64,000 bases of DNA from Lytechinus pictus. Lineage: Eukaryota. Where the stretch lies: NCBI RefSeq assembly GCF_037042905.1, contig NC_087246.1, positions 66,030,001-66,094,000 of the forward strand, given 5' to 3'. Of this stretch, positions 40,001 through 51,400 are shown piece after piece; the stretch's first letter is position 1, and every line of letters begins with the position of its first letter. The notes beneath the pieces are model-generated. The model saw only the letters and a program-made list of their open reading frames with translations, did no database searches and had not been told where the DNA came from. A program made the position numbers and the translations under genes.

Positions 40001-43000
40001 GAGCAGTCTGGATTTCGGAAGAATAATAATAATAATAATAATACAGGTATATTTACCCAGGGAAGCCGCTTCAGTTCCGAAAACTGTTCTCCCAGCGGGC
40101 CCTGCTATCGCTCAACTAGCACGGTTCTTACCTATTTAAGTGATCATCTGTACACGCAAATGGATCATGGTCGACTGATGGGAGTTGTGTTTTTAGACCT
40201 CAAAAAGGCGTTTGACTCAGTCGACCATGATCTTTTGCTTCACAAACTTACCATGTATGGAATTCTTGGAGCAGAGTATAATTGGTTTGAGAACTACCTA
40301 AAACATCGTTCACAGTGTACTTCTGTCAAAACTTTTTCCTCTGAATTGAAAAAGGTACAAACAGGAGTGCCTGAAGGCTCAATCTTGGGGCCTCTCCTGT
40401 GTACTTTAATTTATTTATTTTATTTATTTCTGAAAATTTGACAGGGTAGCCCATTCACCAATAAGTAGTGGTCTTCCATGGGGCCCTGAATAACAATAAA
40501 CATATTTACAAAATGCATAACGTATGTACAGAATGTTACGGCATTAAGATTCACATTATGATTTGAATGTAAAACGAAACATTAACAAACTTAGCAGCAA
40601 ACAAAACGCAGACGGGCACTCGTTTGACGTATAATCAAATATCAATAAATCAAATTAACTAAGAACGACATCTTGAAAATACTGATAATATACATCAAAT
40701 CATCAAGGTCATGCTAACACAAAATACGCACAACAGTGGATGTTCCGCAAGTTATTCATAAATTACAAGTTCTTTTAAACATTCTCTTAAATGAAATGAC
40801 AGAAGGAGCTGTTCTAATTGAATTATCAAGCTTATTCCATTCAAATATTGAAGAAACAATTGGACTACACTTATAACAATCAGTGCGAAACTTGGGCACG
40901 CGTAAATATCCACTGTCTCTCTGTCTGGTATGATGTTCATGTACATCATTTGGATTGGTTAAGTTTACCTGAAGGTAAGAAGGTGCTAAATTATGAACAC
41001 ATTTATATATCATCAAAACGTGACTGAGCTCAAATCGTTTGTCTAGTGTCATCCATTTAAGACTTGCGAACAAATCAGCCGACGGTGTGTCGTATGTCTT
41101 GTTCAATATTATTCTTGCAGCCCTCTTCTGAATTTTTTGCAGCTTAATATTATTGTATGGGATTGAAATCTATTCGACCATACAGCAGAACAGCAATCAA
41201 ATCTTGGCAACACTAAACTGTTATAAAGCAACTTTAAGGACTGCACAGGCAAAAAACTTTTCGCTCTCTTTATTATTCCAAAACTTTTCTGAGTAAGTTT
41301 ACATACATTTTCAATTTGTTTTGACCATTTCAGTTCTTCATCTATCAAAACTCCTAAGCATTCAGTGAATTGAACTCTATTTATCAAATCACCGTTTAAC
41401 GAAATCGTGAAAGAATCTATTTTCCTGAGATTAGCACGAGAACCTATTATCATGACACAAGTTTTTTCAGTGTTGAGGACGAGCTGATTATCTTTAATCC
41501 ATACCATGACCTTGTTTAATACAACACTTAATTTTTCTTCCAAAACTGTCGCATCATTCGCACTGATGGTAAGTGTCGTGTCGTCAGCGTACATATCTCT
41601 GGTGAATGACATACCCAATGTTCTTAAGAAAATAATGTACGATCATGCTGGTGACACTGCATTAATGTTCAGCGCTAAATGTACTGAAGAAATTGAAACA
41701 AAAATCAATTCAGATCTTCAGAGAATAAGTCAATGGCTAATATTAAATCGACTAACACTAAACCCTGAAAAGTCGAAGTGCATGTTATTTGGTACCTCTA
41801 ACAAACTAAAAAATTCAGATCCCTAAAATGTGAAAGTTGATAATCATGTCCTTGAAAGAGTTTCAAATTTCAAATACTTGGGCACGTGGTTCGACGAGTC
41901 ACTCACCTGGCAAAAACAAGTTGATGAAACGAGCAAAAAAATTGGCTCACGTATTGCCTTATATAAGTAGACTAAGAAAGTATTTAACTATCGATAGTGC
42001 CAAAATCCTAGCTAATGCCTTGATAACACCTCATTTTGACTACTGCAGTCCTTCCTGTGCTAACTGTTCAAAATACATAAAGGATGCATTCATTGCCCAA
42101 CATAAGAAAATGACAAGACTTGTCCTTGGACATGTTGGATGCAATTTCATGACACCTATTGTCACAACTGAAATGGGTAAACATTGAACAAAGATGGGAA
42201 TTCAACAAATGTAAATTAATGTACAATGCACTCAATGGAATGGTCCTTAATATATTTCTGATATGTTTACTAAAAGTAATAGCGTCCACACTCACCGTAC
42301 GAGGGGTGCCACCTCACAAGGTTTGCTGGTACCTATATATGGTCAAAACACAGATGGGGAAAAAGTTTTTCTCATGAAGGGTCACTCTTGTGGAAAGGAC
42401 TTCTTCCAGCTCTTAAAAATGCAACAACCAAAGAAGCATTCACCACCTTATACTGGAGGCTAGCAAAACTCCTGAGGGGTTGTAATTACTTGTTTATGCC
42501 GTTGTTAGCTCCCAGTGAGTGTAAATCGTGCACTCTGTTTTTTTAATAGCAATCCTATGTAATTTTGTATTATTATGAAACATACAATCACTATTGAATC
42601 TTTAATGCTCATATTATCGTTATGTTATATATCATATGCTGTGTGAAGTAAATGTAAATAATTGTTATTTAACTATAATGATATGATTCAGTCCAACGAA
42701 TATTGATTAATAATAACCACTCTGTAGTATAAGTGTAATGCGCATCTTTTTTTTAATTATAAGCAAATTGTGTATCCGGGATATACTCATAGTTCTTTCA
42801 GTGAGGTTTTTTTGTATGATTGATCGATTTCTAAATTCACACTTGCAAATTCACTAAATTGATAAGTTTTTAATTATAAAAACGTAGTAACCTATAATGA
42901 AAATACATACCTATCAATTTTTTCTTGTTTTCCTGTCAATTTCCAATACTGCTTCCTTTTTCAAGAACTCAAATCATTTCTCTCTAATCGTATTGAAGTG

Positions 43001-46000
43001 TAACAATGTCGACTTCATGTGTTGTATATAATGTGTTCTTTTTATTGTTTATGTATATATATGTATTGTACAGGGCCCTGGTTGACATCAGTGTCTAAAC
43101 TACTGAACAGGCTACCTTTGGTAAAGAAGACAAATAAAATAGAATAAACAAAATAAAAATATCTCGTACCATAGGTTGTATAAAGATAATCAATCATTTA
43201 CTTCCGCCTAGGATTCTTATGAATTTATATTTTGCCATGATTTTACCTTACATTGATTATTGTTGCACATCTTAGGGAAGCTGTGCAAAAAACAACAAAA
43301 TAAGATACAAAAACTGCAGAATAAGTATTTCCGAATAATTTTGAATAAGTACTATCTTACAACATGAATTGTTGTAATTATACTGAATAACTTGATATAA
43401 TGATTCCATAATACTTGTTGATTCACTGTATAGGCCTATAATGTATTCTGTATTTACTTTATTATGATTTTATATTACATTACATACATTGAAAATCTAT
43501 GATGTTGAGTTATTTGTTTAACTGCAGGGCGCCTTCGGAAAGCAATTTTGCATAACTGAACAGGCCTACCATGCAGTATAAATAAAGTAAACAATTACAA
43601 ATGAATTATTTCATACTTTTTATCAATTGAGAAGTCTATTTAATTCTGTACTTCATTGAAAATGAAATCAAGCACTCTTCTTTGATATCTTAATCATATT
43701 CGAACTTTACCCATTGCCGGAAGACAATTTTCATGTATCACAATTCAAATTGATTACAATTTTAATTACAATAAATTGATTACATTCTACAGTTGTACTT
43801 GTTTTCGTCAACTGTGTGAGCGCCAATTTACCGACTCGCTTCGCAGGTTTCTTCACGGTGACGAAAACCTTTGGACTCCTGATGGTGATCATGACTGGCA
43901 TCCATAACCTTATTCAAGGTACGTTATCGCTATTTTTTCTAACAGGGGAGGGTGCACAAAAGTTGGTGGAATGTTCCCTTACTTTCATGATCCAACTTTA
44001 TGTTGTGGTTTATTAAAAAAAACTCATGAACATACGGATGTATACCACACTGAATAATACTTGCGACTGAATCGATGTTTGGATTCACCAACTTTCTGCC
44101 GAATTCTAACGAATAATTTTGTTTGCGTCTGGTATTTACAAACTGTTTTCAAACGTGTAATAATATGCTTGTCTGATATCACCTTCATGCTGATTCCCAT
44201 GTGGTCGCTTGCATGGGCGAATCAAAATGAACTTCAGCGACACTATCTGGTATAAGATCGAATGCAAAGGCTATAGCTTACTAATTTCTCTGTAAAGCCA
44301 GGGTTACAAAAAACTGAATAAATTCGGACTGATTCTAACCGAATCCGGCCTAATTCAGATGTTTTCGATGGATTCGAATGTTTCCAAATCCTTTCCAAAA
44401 TTTCGCTTATTCGCGGAGGGAGAACAGATTCCCGAAACCCCCCGAATACGTGTATTCGGATGGACTCGCAGCTGATTCGGCTCCTTTGTAACCAGGCTTT
44501 TAAGCTATCGTTTCACCGTAGAGTATTCTGTTGTCCCTCCGCGAATGCGAGAACATTTGGGAGGGATTCGAGAACATTCGCGGAGAAATTCGGCTCGCTT
44601 TGAAATGTTTATAACCAGCCGAATACCCTCCAAAATACTCCCGAATGTGACCATAACAAATTTCCTTCGGGCCACATTTGGGATGTATTCGGATGACATT
44701 CGGTTGGATTAGGAGAGGTATTCGGCACACTGGCGGACCCAGGGGGGGGGGGGCACAGCCGGCCCGTGCCCCCCCCCCCCCCGCTCCCCCTTTTTAGAGG
44801 CACAGTTAAAATTTGTAATGTAAAATGTCAGTAAAACAGAAGTGTGCCCCCCCCCCTATTGAAAGGGAAGGCCTTTTTTTAATTTGCTTTTTTTTTCGTA
44901 GACGAAATCCCCTTAATTTTTTTTTGAAACCTTTTTTTCGATTGTCTGCTGACAAGTTTAAAACTTTTAAATCTCTGCTTAAAACACATTTATTTGCTCA
45001 TTGAATTTTTTTCTCCTTGTATGACTTTTTTGTGTAACTAGAGGATTAAATATTCATGTTTAGTTCTCTTTCGTAAGTTGGTTTTGTGTTAGGGTTTTAG
45101 CTTAGGCCTGGTGTTTTTAGAGCCCTTGTGAGTTATGAAACTGCCGGATTGCCTTCTGGGCAAGTTCCTTAAACTGCGGGTGAACAGGGCATTAAGATCA
45201 GGCACCAGTCCCCGTAGATACATTTTTAAGTGCTGTTTAATGTAATTTCATTATTATTATTATTATTATCATTAGTTATTTATCGTAAAGCGCTTTGATA
45301 ATATTTTCGGTAAAACGCTAATAAGTACTTGTTATGTATGTATGTATGTCAATTTTTTCCTCGGGAAAATGTGCCCCCCCCCCCTTTTGAAAATTCCTGG
45401 ATCCGCCCCTGATTCAACGTATTCTGGACAAATTCGGATCTACTCGTATCATTTGGGGGGTAACGGTCCGAGCTCGGCGCATTTGACCATATTCGTTACG
45501 ATTCGGGTCAACATTCAAATCGTCATTCGACTGTAATCGGTGCAATCGGGCCACGTTCATTCGGCTCGATTCTTGCCATTAGTCTGGTTTTATTCGGCTT
45601 TATTCTGGATGGCCAAAATTGATTTGGGTCAATTCTCAGTGATTTGGGACCTTGCTGAATCGGGACCTATTCGGGATCCATTAGTCCTTATTCGGGGAGC
45701 TCCCAGAATCAGAGACGAATAAGTTCCGAATCCACCGAATTATGCCATTTTCAGTCAGAATCAGTCCGAATTTATTTGGGAAAATTCGGCTTTGGTGTAA
45801 TCCTAGCTTTACAAAAATTGCTTACGATCTTTCTTTCCAACTAGAATATCCTTTACATTGAATAGTATCAGACCCAAAAAATGGAAGAGAAAAACATTTT
45901 CTCCCTAAATTCTCTTCATTTGCAATGAGGTGTAAAAAGAACGAAAACATGTTGAGATTATTCCTTCTTGTCCCTTGCTCGTTACAACTGTCGACATAAT

Positions 46001-48351
46001 ATGTTATGATCGTCTGTTTTTCTCTTCTTTATTCTTCTTCATGGTTGCAGGCAGGACAATTTACCTCCAGAATGCGTTTGAAGGTAGCAGCGTTGATGTC
46101 AAGACTATTCCTCTAGCCATCTACTCAGGAATGTTTGCCTTTGGAGGATGGTAATAATATACAATCTATTTTACTTGTTATCCATGCCTATATACCCTCG
46201 GTCGAGTGTGGCACAATTCATCTCTCCTTGACGCATCTTTTTCTTCTCTCTTACCCCCCCCCCCTTTCTTGTATATTTTTATTTTTATTTTTTAATTCTT
46301 GTGAGCATGGGGGTTTTATTGCCCCCTGGCCTCAGTGCCACCGCCCGGGTGCCTGAGCCACAGTGAGATTCGAACCCGAGTCTGCACTGCTCTGATCTGA
46401 TGCCTCTGGAAAGACTTGAGCGAACCATGATCAATGAATTAGTGCCAGTTCCCCTTTCTCAATGATGACCATGCGAGAGCAGCGAGACTTCCATTATAAA
46501 GTAATATAAAGTATATTATGAAAGGGATATATAGTTGTAACTTCTGAAGGTTTCCATGGCAAAGAAGAGTTGTGTAGTAGATTCACGGTACACCATCATG
46601 TATCTTTCTTGGGCAAGTGTTGGTCCTGAAAAGGACCACCCAAACTCGACGTTTCGACAAGTGTGTCCTTGTCGTCTTCAGGAGAATGTAAAGAACTATC
46701 GTAATCGTAGGATTTGATTACTCTATCCCCCATTACAGAAAATATGTTGTAAAATGATTTGTCAACATAATAATTTGCATTTATAATTTTATTGAATAAT
46801 TATGTAAGTGCGAGTGTAAAGTGTAAGAGCAGTGGCGTAACTACGGGGGGCATGGAGGGCACTTCACCCCCCCCCCCATCGGCTGGCAAAAAAACGGGGA
46901 AAAGGAGAAAAAGAGGGAGAAAGGAAAAGAAACGTTGGTGGGAAAGAAGAATTATTGTTCATCATAATGTTATATTAGATTATATTATAATTATGTTATG
47001 TTATATTACATAAAAAACTTTTTTTTATATAACTTTATAAAAAATAATTTGCTCAGGGCCTATGTCTTTATTGTCCCTGGTGCTCGCATTGTCTGTTAAA
47101 CGAGATATATAATCCTGTTGTACTAAAACCTTCCGTTTTCAAGTCAATTGTCGCACTTCGAGTTATTATTGTTTTATGTAGTGACATATGCTTCTTTTTC
47201 ATGACTACTTAAAGTGATTGCCCCATTTTAACGTCTTAATATAAACCATTTCCTGTCCGTGCTTAAGTTCGCATTAGTGGATTATTGAGTGGATTATTGA
47301 ATTCCTAAAATCTGTCCTTAAAATGCTACCTTTTCTGATCTGAATATTATAATTTTCAGCTCGCGCTTCGCATCATTTGGTTAGTGAAATGCGTATGGTC
47401 TTAGTGTATTCCTACGAACAAGTCTGAGAATGCCCCTCTTCAGGTCTGAATTTCCTAAATTTTCAGCTCGCGCTTCGCGCTCGCAATATTTGATTAGTAA
47501 GATGCGTATGAAAATCATGATTACAATAACTTCAAAAAGTGCTTCATGTGTTTAGATGTAATTCCAGCAAAATCAGCAAGCGATTGGCACTCGCATTAGA
47601 TGACTATGGTGAGATATGTATACTCTCAATGGATTTCTAAAATATAGTCCTTAAAATGTCCCTGTTTGGAGTAATTATATACAAAAATTTCAGCTCGCGC
47701 TTTGCGCTCGCATTGTTTGGTTAGCGAGACAGGTACGTCCCATGACTACAAAAATGTGCTTATAATGTCCATTTTTTAGGTCTGAATATCAAAAATTTTC
47801 AACTCGCGCTTCACGCTCGCATTATTTGACCAGTGAGATACATATCCGTTTAATGGCACTGTCCTTAAAATGCCTCTATTAGGTCAGTATACCTGGCAAC
47901 TGAGCGCGCTTCGCGCGCTCACTAAGTGACTCAAATTTTTTGCTGGTGCCCCCCCCCAATGCCGTGACCCACGGTATGCTTCTGTGTAAGAGATAAGTGA
48001 CAGTGCAGTGGTAAATATATCCATTATAATCAACATAGCCTTGATTAATTATTATACGATCATTTACCGCGACAAAGTTATTTTCTAGAGTCTAGACATT
48101 CTTCCAGCTTGTCAACCAACGAACGGTGTTGCTGCCCTTTACGTTCGTTGTTGTCAACCTTCTTGTTTTACATATACCTGCCAATAATTTATTCATCCTG
48201 TTTTCTGAATATTACAATGTGTTTCCTTTATTTTCAAACAGGGATGTAGTTATGTCTTTCACAGAAGAGGTTAAACGACCTGAGAGGTGAGGCATTATAA
48301 ACAACCTTCATAACCATTTAGTGATTATTGCAAAAATTATGATGATGATGA

Positions 48352-48422
<71 letters not shown>

Positions 48423-51400
48423 GTACTACTACTACTACTGTTACTCCTACTACTACAACTACTACTAATAATAATGATAATAATAACGATGATAATGATA
48501 GTAAGTAATAATAATGATAATAATAACAATAATAAATTAATAATAACAATAATATAATAATAATGAATGATGATGAATACTACTACTCCTAATAATAATA
48601 CTATTGATAATGTTATGATGATGATGATGATGACGAAAGTAGCCATGATGATGCTAGTCATGATTTTAAATTTGAAGTTTTTTCCGTAAAACTTCATTTT
48701 TTTCTGAATAAATTAGATACAAGTATAGCATTTTGTTGCAAATTCGTTTTAAACATCTTCTTTTTCTTTCATTTTTCTTGTCAGAAATATTCCTTTAGGA
48801 GTGTCTTTATCCATGGCAACTATAACTATTCTCTATATCATGGCCAATATTGCCTACTTTACTCTACTTTCACCACAAGATGTGTTGCAGTCTGAAGCCG
48901 TGGCAGCGGTTAGTCATTTTTTTGGGGTCAATGGCATACAATAGAGCGTTTAGGGGGGCCTGGAGCCCCCCCCCCCCTCCCCCCGAAAAAATATCAAACG
49001 TGTATTATTCTGAGAAGGAAATGGCAGAAGTTTATATAATTTCGGTCACCAACAAGGTATGTTAGAACGAAATATTGAGAAATGGCATACAGTGAAATAA
49101 AATAAGGGGAAAGGGGCTTGAGGGATTGTGAGGCAGCTCCTTCTAAAATAATTATAGGTATGCAACAAAGGAACAAATTTTAAAAAAGCACTCTCATCAA
49201 TGATTCACTGATCGATTCGTCTTCGTCGTATATTGATCTACCGTGAATTTGTTCCATCTTGAATTTGTACTTTTTTAAATTGTTTTTATCATTTTGCAGG
49301 ATTACAGTGTTCTAGCATTAGGTAGATGGTCTTGGCTAATCTGGCTATTTGTTGCACTATCTGCCATGGGTAATCTCAACAGCAATACATGCAAACGAGG
49401 AAGGTAAATGATTGATTGATTGATTCATTCATTCATTCATTGATCGATTGATTCATTGATTGGTTCATTTTTTCATTCATTATTCAATTGATTGATTGAT
49501 TGATTGATATGATTGATTGATTGATTGATTGATTGATCGATTGAGTTATTGATTGACAGCGTTGTTGACTATAATTAATATACATATTGTAGGGCGGTTG
49601 TCTGATCAGGCGAATAAGGACTCGATAGAAATTGATTGAAAATCATAAAGCAGATTATATTTGATAGTAATAAGTTGGTTATTGTGTAAGTCATCATTAT
49701 TTTTTTTTTAACTGTGGTAATTTATTTCGTTTCCAAGCGAGAACAAGCTGTTTAAATGATTGGTCATCCCCCCCCCCCCATTTCCCTCTTTAGGCAGGTC
49801 TTCGCGGCATCTCGAGAGGGGCTTTTCCCGGAGATCACTGCGATGTTGAATGTGAGATACAACACACCCATCCCGGCCATTCTCACCCTACTTCTGAGTC
49901 TCGTCTACCTGATGGAGACAAGGGTTCTATCGCTTCTCAGGTACGTCATGTTCATCGAAACCATATTCGATACCATGACGGTGGCGGTGCTCCCCTACTT
50001 CCGGTGGAAGCATCCTGATCTAGAGAGACCTTTTAGGGTAAGTATGGAAAAAAAAATCATGTGATTCTATCTGATAAAACGGGGAGGCGTGCTGTTGACC
50101 AATTTAGCTTTGGTGGTCAATAAATTAAATATGAAGAAAATTATTCAAAAAACAAACTGGCAGGGAATGGTGAATATAACTATATATAACTGTCAATGAC
50201 ATACAATAAAGCGTTTAGGGGGGTCTGAAGCCCCCCTATTTTTTTTTATGGAGCGTTGTGGCCCAGTGGATTAGTCTTCTGACTTTGAAACAGAGGGTCG
50301 TGGGTTCGAATCCCAGTCATGGCGTAATTTCCTTCAGCAAGAAATTTATCCACATTGTGCTGCACTCAACCCATGTGAGGTGAATGGGTACCCGGCAGGA
50401 TTAATTCCTTGAATGCATGAGCGCTGAAAGGCAGCTCGAGCTAAAGCCGGGGTAATACTAATAATAACAACGCGTCTCGGAATAGAATATTTCTAGATAG
50501 ATGGCGCTATATAAATACCTATTATTATTATTATTTACTGTTTTATATGGCTCAAGAGTTTGATACACGATCTTCTTGTCACTGCGACAATGACTGAGTA
50601 GAAAATAGGCCTACATCTATAGGAGTAAGGGGGCTATACCGCCCCCCCCCCCATCCGTGCCTGACTACCATGTCCCTGGGAAGCGGTGGTGCTGGGGGTG
50701 CTACGTGTATTGTTTTCCATAAAGGCAGCACCCACAGGAAGTCTGGAAGATGTGAAAAATTGGATAGACCTCCTTTTTGTTATGAAAAATTTATCGGAAC
50801 CAAAATGACTAAATATCAAAAATTAATTGAGATGTGAAATGGAAAGGAAAATTAATTTTGATGAATTAATTGGTACATTATAGTTGCCACGAATGTTGAA
50901 GATATACTGCATGTGAAGCCATACAGCATTCCATAAAAGTGTGGTCTAAAATTTTAGGTTCAATCCTATATAGTTGAGACTAGGGTTTAACCTAGGTTTA
51001 ATTATCAGAATACCACCCGTAGTATGTGTGGGTATACATTTCTTTTATTAAAATAATAGGTATCTATATTCTCATTTTTTCTCTCTGAAGAGAGAGCCTT
51101 AGTGATAATTTCAAAAGTTTAAAGTCACCTCAAGACCTTGAACATAAATTACCATGAAATATACAAATTATTTGTTTTCCCTTTATAAAGGCACCGTTGG
51201 TGATGGTTGTTATTTACATGGTTGGTCAGATCTTCATCACAGGGATGTCGTTCTATTTGGATCCAGTAAGGAAATCTCTCGGCCTCTTCATTGTCTTGAT
51301 TGGTCTTCCGGTTTATTTCTTCTTTTTTCATGAGCGATTTAGACTGAAATCCATACAGCCTTACTCACGTAAGTAGCAAGCAATATTGTACTGTGATATC

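Larger units (their letters stand above)
39875..43160 (+). mobile_element. Decayed L2/CR1 LINE (layer B), interrupted by two inverted insertions
   Basis: NYRPISVIPVVMKIFER, QSGFR, FLDLKKAFDSVDH, GVPEGSILGPLL up to ~40408; resumes at ~41602 (VNDIP..LTLNPEKSKCMLFG, HFDYCS); 3' hairpin and AATAA tail at 43071-43160. Confidence 0.85.

Noticed and set aside
50250-50322. tRNA-Gln gene
   Set aside because: Continues into a SINE core and tail; it is a SINE head.
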